The notes under the pieces were generated by a model. That model was not told where the DNA came from. It did no database searches and saw only the letters and a list, made by a program, of their open reading frames with translations. A stretch of DNA of 64,000 nucleotides from Gonapodya sp. JEL0774 (taxonomy: Eukaryota), in the NCBI GenBank assembly GCA_027604505.1, contig JADIIX010000058.1:1-64000 (forward strand), given 5' to 3'. Position numbers and translations under genes: made by a program. Position 1 is the stretch's first letter; each line of letters starts with the position of its first letter. This document shows positions 49,234 through 62,074 of this stretch, in pieces.

Positions 49234-52200
49234 CTACCGCCGACCCCAGTTCCAAGCTTTCCTCCGTGCCTCCTCACAAGACCTTCGAAGCTCTTCGACG
49301 TACTCTTCCAGTTCCTCAAACTCCTCTTCCGTCAGACGCTTTGTGTTGGGGATCCATCTATCCCAGTCTGGAGCTACATGAGCTACCACGCGATCCAGGA
49401 AAGTGACGCGTCTCTCGCCTGACCTACTGGCTGCCACAGTTTCTGTCTCTTCAACGGACGCCGAAAATGCCAGACCATACACAGTTCTTCGCCGTTCTGC
49501 ACCACCTTTAGCCTTTTTGAGCAGCGATCTTTTAGGTCGGGAGTCTTTCCCAGGCGGGACTTTCGGTACTTCCAACCACTTCTGTCCGATTTGAAGTACA
49601 TTGATAGCGTCACTTACAACTTCGCCTGGCGGTGGACGCTGCTCTTTGGGCATACGAGGTCGAAACCTTTCCTTCACAGTTCCCGTTGCAGATCCATCTC
49701 GGCGTTCTACTGATGTCTCCTTGGTGTATCGTTCACGACGCGAATCTCGGATGGCAAACGGTTCATCAGGATTCGATCCCTGTTGCAACGAGGACTCCAG
49801 AGAAACGCGTGTCCGCGATGACGAGCGGGATCTCGAGGCATCATGACTGCGGCGTCCAGATCCATCACGACGACGTTCAGAAGAACTTCTTCTCCCTCCT
49901 TGCCGCCCATCCCAGATCTCAATCTTGGTATTGGGAGGGTATTCCGAGTCGGAAAACTCAGTTGATTCAGACAATCTCGGGGTTGGAGAGTGGGATATAT
50001 GCTCCACAGGGGACTGCGACTGCGAGCTGCGGTCGGAATAAGTTGGCGAGGGTGAGAGAGTCGCACGATCAGAGGTTGACAGTGATCCATGACGAGAGGA
50101 GCGACGTCTACCGGCTCTGAGTGGCATAATCGTGGAGAATTCCCGGTCGGGGGGGGGAGGAGGTACAGGTTCAACTGGAGGGAGTGGGTCTTGGTCCACC
50201 GCGGCCGGTATTGGTGGAGCGATCTTGTTCATATCTACGCCTCCCTCCAACACAGATCCTAGAGCACGAGCAACCTCTCCATCCTCAAGAGCCCGACTGA
50301 CCTTCCGACCCAGGCCTTGCTTGCCCGGCTTTCGTGGAGGTGTGGGCGGGGTCAGCGTGAACGCCGCTTCGGAGGAAATCGACCCACGTGGAGCTCTTTC
50401 ACTCTGACTAGGCTCGAAATCCGGGTGCAGTATCAAAGCAGTCTGTCGCAACGTATCGTCCATGGCGGTGTGTTGACGATCGGCATCGCGTCCACGTCTT
50501 CGGCGTTCTCGTTGCGCAGGAGACTTTGCAGCTGATTCTGAGAGTGAACGAGTGTGGGCAGCCGCAGCGGCTGATCGGACTCGACTTCGGTTACTCCGAC
50601 TCGGTGGAGTAGGTGGGTTGGTTGTGAGTGCATTCGTATCAGCTTCGGAGATCAAAGGGGGCAGATCTTTGTTGTACATTATTGGTGCCTGGTTTTGGGT
50701 TTGCGAGTGGTCCTCTAACCTGTTCGTCTTAACAGAGCTTGATGTAAGTGCTTTGCTCAGCTCCATCACGTTTTCAAGCGTGTTGCTCCTTAAATCCCGA
50801 TTGTCGCGAGGAAGAGTAGAGTTTAAACGTGACGTAAGCGGTGGGGTTGGACCTTGGAAGGATGGTTCTGATTGTCGCAACTCCTCCGGATCCAAGGACA
50901 ACTCTATCACCATCTCGTGACTAGCCGGGACTCTCACTCTCTTCATTGATTGGTCTCGCAGAGCCCCGTGCTGTTGCATCCCTGTCAATTCTGTAATGGA
51001 TTGCCCTCGTGCTCCAGGCAAATGCGCTATCAACAGCGGTGTATTCATCCCATCCACCCCAAGCTGAGGATCTAACAGTTCGCCTGTCACTCCAGTAACG
51101 CGAGGATTCTCCCATTCCGAAGAGCTCTGCGGGCATTTGGGCATCTGTTTGGCGTTGTCGGATTCCTCATCACGACTCATCGACTGGAGCTGTTTCTCTT
51201 CTTCGGACAGTCTGTACACCGACGCTGAGTTAACAGACAGAGTTGTGGTTAGTACAGGCAATTTCAAAGCTCTGTGAAATGAACTCAAAACTCACTGGTA
51301 CTAGACTCAACCTGGTGGCTTAGATTCTTAGTGACCATCGTGATCCCGCCCACTATGGTGCCTTTCTCATCTCCATCATCGTGGACTTCTTTTGCTGTTC
51401 GTTCTTCGCACAAGTTCGGACGTACTGTAGTCGGATTTGCATGAAACACAGTTTGAACGCGTTCCATGCTCTCATCAAGAGTATTTTCTGTTGTTTGTGT
51501 CCACGTAGCCCCGGTCGTGGAGGTAGACGTCACATCCTTGTCAATTTCAGACGACGCTTTTTCTGTTAATGATGTCGCCCCCATGACTGTGTTGTCCTCT
51601 ATCTCTGCTACCGGGGGTGCACCAGCCAATTGCTCACCAGAACACACTTCAGTTTTTCCAGTCACTGCAATACTCCAGTCTCGTTTTTCGATTCCAAATG
51701 CCCCCGGGATCGAGTTCTCTTCCTTCGAGGCATCTGCTATACACCATTTGAACTCTTCTTCGTCAGGCCGATCCAATTGGCAAATGTCGTCAAAAGAACC
51801 CCTGTCAGTCTCTTGCAGCGGGTTTGTGTTGTCACCCGATAAAAATGGCCTTCCCTCGCTTTTCAAGTCATCCGAGTAAGATCCTGGAGGATCAAAAACT
51901 GTTGATACCTTTAACTTGTATGCTTGTTCACCAAGAACCTCTTTCACTTCCACTCCCTCCGAGATGAGCGTTCCAACAATTTCGTTCTTACTCTCGCCTC
52001 CACTGTTAATCGTTGAAGTGACGCTTCCGGCAACTTTCCAACCAACCGCAGGTCTCGCTTTCGCTGCCAGCATAACCGACACTGAGGAAGCACTCGGCAC
52101 CATTCCCACCACATCTGTCTCCGTTGAGGAATACTTCTTTGGAGGTGAAGGAGGTGTAGGGGAAGACAGCGCTGGCGGGGGTGAGCGATTTGGTGGCGGA

Positions 52201-55200
52201 ACCAGATATGGCGCACGAGTTGGTAGGAACGACGGTTTCCAGAGACTTGCATTGCGTGGTGGGACAGTTGTGGAAAGAGTTACCGGAGATGCCGATTGGT
52301 TACTCCACAAATCAGTGGCAGCTGCTCCCAGATAGCTCGTACTGAATGTCAAGTTCGATTGTGTAGGAATGCCTAAACCAGAACCATATGCCAATCCCGG
52401 ACCAGCACCGGGGGAAGGACCGCGTTTCGGTGACGGCACCTCACCCCATCCGGTTACAGCCAGTTTTCCTCCAGCAGCTACAGCAAATACAGCTCTCGCT
52501 AAATCGGGATCTATTCCCAGATCCATATCCTCTGAGGGTCTGGGTGGCGGGGACACAGACCTCGCATTCGCCCCAAAACCTGAGATGTTCCGATTTCTAG
52601 GCGGTGTGGACGTCGCCCTCACACGCATGGAGATTGATCGTATGCTCCGCATACTTGGTGACTCTCGCATTCCAACCAATGGGACGCCGGCAGGGCTTCC
52701 GGGCATGCCATCCCATTTGTCCTTTGCCCGTCCAATCCTTCCCAAACTCGGCACCCTCTTCCCACCTCCTTCCTCGCCTGTTCCATCAAGTGCTCTCAGT
52801 GCTGCCAAAGCAACTAGCAGCGGAGAAGACGGCCGGGCTGGTGATGTGGGCGAGGGTGGTTGAGGGGCACGAGCGGAGGCTGCTGCTACTCGCCAAAGCT
52901 CGTCTATATCGAGCCGAAACGACGAATTAGATCGACGAGGGCCGGTTACTGGGGACAATGGTGGTGCAGCAGCGGTCAGTGCGGCAGCATGAGGGTTCCC
53001 GGAGCTTCCCGGTGCCCAACTTCGTGTCAGAGCCTCCTCCACTCTGTCATCAACTGGCCACTCCCCTCTCCAGTCGATTCCGTATGTACCACCACCAATC
53101 CTCACATATTCAGAGCTCGGTCTCGGCTTGCTTCCTCCGAGTGTGTTTCGATCACCACCTGCTGCGCGGCCTGTCCTGTCCCGCACCCCTGTTCTCATTC
53201 GTGGTTGCAAGCCCCCTAAGAGCGGCAAATCGAGTTCTGCGACCTCCATCTCAGCTGGCGAGCTGGACTGTACAGCTGATACGACTTTGGTAAGAAGGTT
53301 GCTGGTGTTTGCAACGTTAAACTGTGGTGGTGGCGGGGACTCAGGTGCAGCTTTATCTGAGGGCCTGAATTGAGAAGAATCCGGTGCCTTGTCATATTGG
53401 AGGGCACTCCCATAACCGATAAAAGCACCCGATGTGTCACGCTCAACCTGTGTGGGATCTACAAACTCAGTCGCAAGGTACTGAGAGGCGCCACCGTGCA
53501 CTTGCTGTACTGTGTTGACTGGTGGAGATGTGGCTCTTGGCCTTCCACCATTGCTGCGCCTTCCGAGACTTTGCATGAACCAATTCTGAGATGGTCTCGG
53601 TGGTGGCGGTCTTTGTGACAATGTTGAGCCACTCGCTCCAAGAGGTGAACCAGCTGCAGATGATGTAACAGAAATGGAATTGCGAGGAGAGGCAGGGGGG
53701 CTCGAGAAGAATGGAATCGTAAGTCCCCCACCACCTCCCAGTGTGGGTGCTGCACCCCCACCAAACCCCGGGAGGGTAGTCACTGCGGGTGCGAGGATTG
53801 TTGACCCACTGCCCAGTCCCATGTTGTTCTGCGCACCGCCCACTACGAATCCCGTACCAATAACTGGTGGAGGCGAGGACAAAGCTCGGGTAGGTGAGAC
53901 TGTCCGACCCCGACCGGTCGGGCTGAGTGCTCGAAGCAAGGCAGTACCCGCAAAGGCTGAGCGGTTGGTGTTCGCGTCAGAAGCAGAGCTCGAGGCCAGC
54001 AGACTGGAGGATAATAATGTGCTGTCGCGCTCTACTGGCAATGCGGATAATGTCCTTCCATTTCCTGACCTTCCCCTTGTCACAGGCTCTGGCGACAGCA
54101 ACTTTCTCCTATCGCCACTTCTTTCTTGATCGCGTTGCTGCTCAAACCCTGTCTGTGAAGGCTTGTGCGGGGATGGCACACGTCGGCGAGGCCATCCAGG
54201 ACGTGATACTCTTCGCTGTTCCCCGGTGGCATCGCTACCAGGGATCGGTGAAGTCGGATTAGAGTCTGATTTGTGAGATGACGGTGGCACTTGAATTTGG
54301 CGATTTAAGCCTTGCGCGGGGGGAGTGGGCGAGGTTGGCATCGAACCGTCGGACGAGGATGACCGTGAATGGGAGAGCGATACCGACGTAGAGGCCGCTG
54401 CTGAAGTACTCGATTCCGCTGGAGAAAGAGACAGTGATACGGATTGCGCATGGCTATGAACGTAACCCCGTGCTGGTGCAGACCCTACTCCTGAATCGGA
54501 CGACGATTTTGTGGTAGGAGAGGCAGACAGAAGACTCGACGGCGTTGAGGGACCTTCCCCATTTGACGTAACACCTTGTCGCGGTGGCGAAATTGAAGCC
54601 AGAGATGCAGTACCCGACCGTTCAGATGGTGGATCAAGCTGAGGAACAGGGGGGGGTTCAGATGAATTGAGATGTACCCCAGATACAAGTACTGCAGTGA
54701 CAGGAGGTGAGAGTCCTCGCGCCGTGATAATAGAAGGAGGTGATGAGGATCCAGTGGAAGAGGCAAGGGACAAGGAGAGTGATCGTAATGAAGACGTCCT
54801 CGAGTGGGCTGCAGAACGACTGCGGTGGTGGGAAGGGTGGGAAGATCCAGCCGAGAACGCGGTGGCTGGAGTAGCTGTGCTCAACGCTGGAAAACTCGCC
54901 AGTGTGGTAACGGTGAAGTTAGGGGGTGGCGTTGCGGTGGCTAGGGATAGGGTTCATTTATTAGCGATGATGCACTCTTGTACCATGTCGAGTCCCATCA
55001 CAAATCTCTGCACAGGTGACATCATGCCTTCAAACTGCGTGCTTCAACACCATGACAACCTTCAGGCGACCATCTTCTTTTTTTCGATGCAATCCACTCA
55101 CATGAGCCGTCCTGTTGTACGTCTGCATGATACATTATCCCACCACGACCACCTTGCACCCCACCGATGCCGTGACCAATTAATCCACCGACACCGTCCC

Positions 55201-56059
55201 GATGTCTGGAGTCTGGGCTGGTTGACGTCGATGCTCTGAATGATTCTGTTGAGGTTGCGGTGAGCGGGGGTGAAAGGGGTGCCGCAGGGTAATAAGAATA
55301 ATTTGATGCAGGAGCGGTGTTCCATGAAGAAGATAAAGGAGTTGGAGAAATGAGCGACGGACTTTGAGAGGTAGAGGAGGATGCAACAGAAGAGGTCGCC
55401 GGGAAAGACGAAGTGTTATCATGACCACGGGTGCTGTCGACAGTCGGGGATCGACCCCCAGCAGTCCTACTCGAAGGAACTATATCATCAAGGCCCACTG
55501 GAGAGAGAGAGTACAAAGTTGGTGAAATAGTGGAGTGTGTGGAGGAATAGTTTTGGAGTGGGGTTGTCGAAACTGGTATCGGCAAGAATGGATTTGCCTG
55601 TGTGTCCCGAACACCTGCAGCAAAACTGGAGTTTTGCGGAGACGGTGCAGCGGCCAGTTTGTGCGAAACAATTTTAAAAACAGGTGAACCGAATGACGTT
55701 GGAGTCGGGAAGGGGAGGGTAGATCCAGTCGGAGTGCGAGTCGGTTTGTGGTTGTGGTGATGAGATGAATGGGATTGGCTGTAATTGCTGGTGACAGCAT
55801 GGACATCGTCAGGTGTTGGTGACTGCGGAAGCACTGAAGCATGTCCTGTACTGGAAACAGAAGCGGATGCCGAAGACAGAGTGTTTTGCGGCAGAGTGGA
55901 GTCCGTGCTGTAGGAGTTGCGCGGGTGCGGTGATGCACCGCCAAGAACAGTACTTTTGACTACGACTACACGGGAGGGCAGACCGGAGGACAAAGCGTGG
56001 TTGGATGTGGAGGTATTTGACGTTTGTTGACTGAGGGTGATGGAGTCATGTGAAGTCAA
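49234..56059 (-). CDS. Very large Ser/Pro-rich disordered protein (about 1900-2200 aa) with C-terminal RVxF-type module
   Basis: Three long ORFs are joined in frame by introns 55101-54941 and 51295-51225 (the latter has a TACTAAC branch point). The start is unresolved: the first in-frame ATG is at 55135, but the frame stays open to about 56085. Confidence 0.7.
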
Positions 56060-57033
56060 AGGGATGCAGAGACCACGAGCTATTGTTCAAAGAAGTGGGT
56101 AGGAAGCGGATTAGAGTATACCAGTGATAGCGCACAATATTCGAGCAATAGTTCGGAATGGCCGTGTCATATGTTTGTCGTTCGAAGGTTTTCCGTTGTG
56201 AGCGCAAAGAATGCGATGAACGTGCAATACCAACGCGGAAGGCAATGCGCAAATTTAGCGAGAGATTGTGAAGGTATTCAACAGTAAATTTGAAGAATGA
56301 TACAGAAAGTCCGATTCCAGAACGTGTAGGAGTCCAAATCCGTTTGATTCGCACTCTGCCTTCACAACATCCTTGAACACTTTTCTCCACTTCTCAAACT
56401 CACCGTTTGCATCGCACCCTTTCATCATTTCATCTCTCGATGTTTCCATCCCATCCGCTCCTAATCTTGCACCAAGTCCAACAGTAAGTCCCAGTCCAAC
56501 GAGCCCCCCACTACCTTCAGCTGGACTCATTTGCAGCTTCAGGTTTTTGGATAAAGTTTTTTAGCGTGTCTGCTCAGATCTCTCAGCAACCTGATAGAGC
56601 TCGTCCAAATCTCTCGTGGAATGGCGACAACCCCCAAAGCCCTTCCGAGGTGATTCTCCAACAGTTTTCCACTTGAGTAGTGGAAGGATTTGTCAATCAG
56701 CTCACGGAATTCGTCGATGTTCCAGTCAAATCGGTCACCCTCACCTTTCACTCAACAGCGCTCCTATGTCCCAATGTCCCCCGCCTTGGACCGCAACACG
56801 CTGAATCGTTGATGCACTTTCGTACAAAATGTTGACTTCCGCGCGTGACACAGGAAGCAGGTAAAACAATGGGAAACTGTTGCGGCGGGCCCCTTCAGTT
56901 CCCAACTTGCCCCGAAATGGTAAAATGTGACACTGCCTGAGCAACCCTGCCTTCGCTGATCTGCAAATATTACCTTTCCTTTTCCACACCACCTTCATTT
57001 CTCAGCATCCATCCCGGCTAACACACTTCGTAT

Positions 57034-58435
57034 ATGACGGAAAGTCAGTTGGACTCGGTACTGGCTGCCTCCCACAAATCGACGAACTCGCAAATACTGG
57101 CACCAATTCACACCTCTCGAATGCTCCCATCCACTCTATCACCCGAAAGTTGTCCAGCTGATTCGAACACTACCAGATCCTCCTCACCTTCTCTGATGGG
57201 TGCTCTCACCACACAACTGGAGGACGAATCAATCGCACGAAGCGAGGAGGAGTTTGGCGCACCTGCTACAATGCACTTGCGAGCCGACAGTCACGTGTCG
57301 GTTTTGAGCACATCCGGTACCAAAAAGGTAGTGGGTAGTACGCCGACATTGACGGACTTTATGACCAGCGGGAAGAATCGGCGGAGTTCTACCCCATCGA
57401 TTGACGACGAGCTGAAGCAGGCAATTGCAAAACAGGAGGGAAACAAAAAGAGAAGCATACTCTCTCTGCCCTTTCTCAGTTCCAGCAATGCTTTGAACGG
57501 GAGCGGTACCCTCCAAACTTCGTCGTCGCATCACGTTAAGGGTGACTCAAAATCCGTGGCTTCCACTTCCACGCCACCTTCGTCGAACGACTGGGCGTCA
57601 GTAGCAAATGAGAAGAAGCAGGGGAACTGGAGGGATCTGACCGTGGACGTCTCAACCGAAGACATGGAAATCGTTGTGCAGAGCTGGAAAGATATGTCCC
57701 GATCTGGTCAATTAAAACGATTTGGGGTGCGTCTGACTGCTCAAGCGTTGTTCTTCTGTACTTCGCGTCCGTGGTACGTGACCACCATGATATCCCCAGG
57801 AGCTTGTCCTCGAGTGTCTGCTGTCCCAGAACCCCGCCTACGTGCAACATATCCCGGATCCCTCCCTCTCCCCGCTGCCTCTCATTTTCTCTCGCATTGT
57901 AGAAGGCACGGGTGATCTTTTAGCGGGAAAGGATCGAAAGGGCATTGTCGCGGAATTCCTATCAATGGGAAATAAGCATATGAACGGACCTGGTATTGGC
58001 CTAAAAGACTACAAGTGCGGAGTAGTAGCAGTGTGAGTGATGATGCTATTGTGGATGAAAGGGATAAGAAAAATGGATGAAGGATGGATAAGGCTTGGGA
58101 TGATCCACTGGCTTCGCACCCAGTTGGTGAGGGTTTGTGACTTCCCCAATTCACACACCACCCCCTCTCCCTCCCTTCCCCCCTCCCCCCCCACCACCAC
58201 CTCCCGATCCTCACATCCCTTGATTTCGACCAGCACCTACGCCCTTACTGACCTCTTCACACCTCAAACTAATCCCACTGGCCGTCGGTACATCCGTGCC
58301 TGGCAAATCCTTCTGCGGGAAACCTCAGCGATCATGCATAGGGGCGGTATGATGAGCGACGAGGATGTGAAGAAGATGAAGAAAGAGGTGGGGATCAGGG
58401 AAGAGGTGTGGGATGTGGAATGTGGGGTTCAGTGA
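57034..58435 (+). CDS. Divergent globin-domain protein with disordered N-terminus and C-terminal CaaX (CGVQ)
   Basis: Introns 57727-57799 and 58033-58233 give STEDMEIVVQSWKDM (A helix), FG|ELVLECLLSQNP (B/C), EFLSMGNKH (F, proximal His), DYKCGVVAV|TYALTDLF (G), RAWQILLRETSAIM (H) and ...DVECGVQ*. Confidence 0.72.
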
Positions 58436-58565
58436 GTGGGTGGGGGAGGAGGAGATGGGAAGATCTTGACGTCATATGTAGCCGCACTTCAACAACGCGC
58501 TGCAACAACAATGATTACTGTTTACGCCCTACAAATTCTGTGTTTTTCAATGACAATTGTTTGCA

Positions 58566-59879
58566 TTAAATTATGAAGGAAAGAGAAAAATCGCCTACAA
58601 CTCCGCGATGATCCGTACTCCACACTCCACCCCAACGACTCTCCAGTACGGAATAGCCTTCCGGCTTCCATCTTGGCGGTGGTGGGGAAGAGGAGGAAGG
58701 AGTCGTTGCAGAGGACAAACTGTCGTTGACTCGGCCTCCCGCCCCCCCAACAAACACAAAGTCGATCAGCTTTGTCGGAACCTCTCCGCAAGTGTAGCCA
58801 GGGAATCCGGTGTAGGTCCCAGTCCCCCAATGCCCGTAGTTGTGGGTGGGCTGCGACCTCAGGAGGGTGCGGACGTCAAAGAGGGGTGATGGTGGCCGGA
58901 CAAGGGTAAGGTACGCGGTATCGTCAGGGGTGGAATTAAGGTCACCGGCGAGGAGGAGAAGGGGTCGAGCTGGGCGGGTGGGGATGTTGGAGAATGTGAA
59001 AGAGGTCAGAAGAAAGTGCGACAGGGTGAGAATAAATAGGAGGGTCTTTCTCGAAAACTCAGTGGTCTCTCGTGAAGGCGTCTCACCTGGTTGAGCGGAT
59101 CCTGCAGTGGCATTGGAGGTGCTATTCAGCAGCGAGTTGAGTGTATCAACAATGAGCTTCGCACCCTTCTCTCGAGCAACCTTGCCCACATCGTCCATGT
59201 GCGTGTTGCAGACCACGATATTGTAGCCAGAATGCGTATGCCGAAACGATGCCACGGTAAGTATTCGGACACTGTTTGCATCCCATCCACGCGAAGGGAC
59301 GTCGGGTGTTGGGGAGAGCCACACAGTCTTGTTTGAAATCAGTTGGAAGAGGCGAGGACGGTACAACACGGGCGAGTATTCGCCTTTTGTGCGGCCGTCA
59401 TCGCGTCCCACTCCCACATAAAGCCAATCTGGATCAGTGACCGGGGAGTTTTCGTTGAGGAGTCGCAGAATATCAAGTAGTTGGTGGTGAAGGACTTCTT
59501 GCAGACAGAGGAAAGGGCCAGGGTGGTATCTGGAGAGAAAGAGGAACTGGGCGACGAGAAGCGGCAGTCGTGTGGGCCAAGGTGCTTCACCTGCCAAGGG
59601 AAGGGTGGTAGGTTGGAGTCCGGCTGTTCCGGAAGGTGTCACCACCACCCCCGAACTCGGAGACGGTGCAGGAGCGAAACGGACGTTGTGTGAAAGCACA
59701 CGGATCCCCAGATGAGCAACTGCTTTATCCAGCCCGAGATTATTCTCGCCGATAGCTTCTTTCATCACAGGTCCCTGGGCGACAGCTGCTCCGCGCGCAA
59801 ACCCAGCGAGGACAAGGGACGCGAGAAGGATGGCACGCCCAAGGGACAACTTTCTTCGTGTTCGTGTACGTGATGGCAT
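58566..59879 (-). CDS. Secreted endonuclease/exonuclease/phosphatase (EEP) family protein
   Basis: N-terminal hydrophobic signal, then SHNVR, LQEV, GVGRDDG..GEYSP, NTHMD, GDLNS, IDFVF and TDHRGV. There is a probable in-frame intron near 59.0 kb. Confidence 0.92.
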   Translation of the reverse strand: MPSRTRTRRKLSLGRAILLASLVLAGFARGAAVAQGPVMKEAIGENNLGLDKAVAHLGIRVLSHNVRFAPAPSPSSGVVVTPSGTAGLQPTTLPLAGEAPWPTRLPLLVAQFLFLSRYHPGPFLCLQEVLHHQLLDILRLLNENSPVTDPDWLYVGVGRDDGRTKGEYSPVLYRPRLFQLISNKTVWLSPTPDVPSRGWDANSVRILTVASFRHTHSGYNIVVCNTHMDDVGKVAREKGAKLIVDTLNSLLNSTSNATAGSAQPGETPSRETTEFSRKTLLFILTLSHFLLTSFTFSNIPTRPARPLLLLAGDLNSTPDDTAYLTLVRPPSPLFDVRTLLRSQPTHNYGHWGTGTYTGFPGYTCGEVPTKLIDFVFVGGAGGRVNDSLSSATTPSSSSPPPPRWKPEGYSVLESRWGGVWSTDHRGVVGDFSLSFII

Positions 59880-60385
59880 TGGCAACCGACGGAAGTCGAT
59901 TTCAACTGTGAAAGTAAGTTTAGTTCTAATAATAATTGGAATAGGAAGTGAAAAAGGGACACGTGCGCCGCTCTTGGCGGGACTCTGTCAGGGACACGAG
60001 GGTCTAATAAACGAGGGAAACCCAATATATAGTATAAAAATACACAGTGACGAAGTAAAACGCTGAGCAAAAACGCGGATTAAAACGCGGACTAAATGTA
60101 AACGCGAAAAAATTGGCTTTGAATCCATTGAATGGAAAGATACAAGACACATCTGCGAAAACTTGTGAGGGGGGTTCGGGAGTAAACACCGAGGCCCCGA
60201 CGTCCACTCTTTTCCACGCTCTTCCACTAGCATATATATGGGCTCCATCACATTGACAGCCTTCGACTCGATTGAAAATATCGGTGTATTCTTCTGCGAT
60301 CGAACCACGAGGTGCGTGACTCTGAATCGTCAATCAAGACATGTTCAGCCGTTCACTCCTCCTATCGTCATCGCCTCTCTCCTAG

Positions 60386-61891
60386 ATGGCATCGGAGTAT
60401 GGATTTGATGCAATTCTAGACGTGGACGGCAGAACTGTTGCTTTTAAATGCCGCTTGTGCAATGCTGTCCTCACCAGGTTGGTGGAACCATTGTGTCTCT
60501 CAAGCTATTAGTTTCCCAAGGTCATCAACAACCGTCCAGCACTCGCCGCTCCAACTGGACTGACCACCAGGCTACTCATATGCCTGATCGAGACCGAATT
60601 CCTTGCGATGTGGTGGGGTGCACATCGTCGTTCTTCAGGAAGGGCGACTGGCGCAGACATGTGAAATATTGCAAGGGGGAGAGAGTTTATCGTTGTGAGA
60701 AATGCTCCAAGGAGTTTTGTCGGTGAGTTCCCCTACAGTGCTGAGGGGAGAAAGAAACTGAGCCACTAAACTTCTGCGAAAAGGAGGGACCATCTGGACC
60801 GTCACTCCGGTCACTGCAGCACCGCCGATTGGACATCACACTTTCGTTTCTATTCATCACGCTCGTCTAGTCCTATAGATGTCGACGCTGACGACTCCGG
60901 AGCTGCACGAAAAGCTGAGTCGCAAGAGCAGCACGGTGGGACAGAGTTCCGCGAGCTCGCGGAGGGCGCGGGGATAGAGTGGTTGGGGAGAGTCTTCGCA
61001 GAGCTGGCGAAATTGTGGTACGAGCGCAACTCTTGCCCTCTCCTTCCTCCTTCCTCCCTTCACTTTGAATTCGGCAGCCCTCCACCGCCACCGTCACCGC
61101 CCACGCAGGCACACACCGGACCTTTGCAGCCTCTTTCATCTGACGCAACCGCTGGAGCTGGTGCAATACGACACGTTCCGCGATCATCTCGCAATGTCTG
61201 GGCACCGTATCCTACCCACCCCATCCCCCCATCCAACCCCTCGACTGCAAACTCATTTTGGCAACCTCCAGCACAAGCACCAGGACCTGTGCCATCCGAG
61301 GCGCCTCGCAAACCCAGTGACGTATGGCTTTCCTACGCGGACACCAACTCGCCCTCGGAGTGCGCGTTGTATTCACCCGAGTGCAGCTCCAGCGAGGTAA
61401 ACTCTTCGTGGTGCCCATCCCGCCCAGGCACACCATCAGTGTTCGCGAACATGGCGCACGGTCCAGAAGAGCTTTGGAACCCCTACGATGATTGGGCAAC
61501 CAATAGATTTTGGTTCGTGTTCTTACGGCAGTGGGGAGTACTGTTTCTCTGTTTCTTCTTTGTGTGGTGCGCGGGGGGAACGGGGGGAGAAGGAGGGGAG
61601 GGGGCGGGGTGGAAGGGGGAGGATCTGGTTGTTGTAAGACCCCGGGAAGGGTTGAAGGGGCAGGGGTGGCAAGCAGAAGGGAGAATCACGAGAACGGGGG
61701 AACGCCTTGGCCTCCTGTCGTTTCTTGAAATTTGTCCCCTCTCTTTCCGTTTTTTTTGTACACCTGCAGACCTCTTTTGCCCTGTGCTTCAAGTTGCTGT
61801 GATGGAGAGAAGACTGTGCTGGGAGAGAAGATTGTTTAGGTCTTTCTTTGGGCGCCGCTGTCGCCCTGTCCCCTTTGCTCTCGCTATTTGA
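60386..61891 (+). CDS. C2H2-type zinc-finger protein
   Basis: Spliced fingers CRLC...WTDHQATH, CDVVGC...F.RKGDWRRHVKYC and CEKCSKEFCR|RDHLDRHSGHC, then a Pro/Ser-rich region. The 3' end is uncertain. Confidence 0.8.
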
Positions 61892-62074
61892 TTATGCAAC
61901 TTCCTTCTGCTTTTTCTCTGTTTTTTATCATTGTGTTCTCCCCGTGAATATCTGCATTCGATTTTTTGACGTGTATAGAATCATTTTTCGGTACACCGCC
62001 CCACAGTCTCGGACGAAGGCTGTGGCGTCTCCTGCGCTGGGGAGAAGCAGTCCTCTTCCCTCTCAAGCTGCCAG

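Noticed and set aside
56046..56998. Short minus-strand ORFs upstream of the giant disordered gene
   Set aside because: I could not link them convincingly by splicing. They are probably UTR/promoter, although an upstream exon is not excluded.
58034..58036. In-frame TGA between two same-frame ORFs, considered as possible selenocysteine or readthrough
   Set aside because: The TGA is part of a GTGAGT donor of a 201-nt intron whose removal restores the globin G helix. I saw no SECIS-like element downstream.
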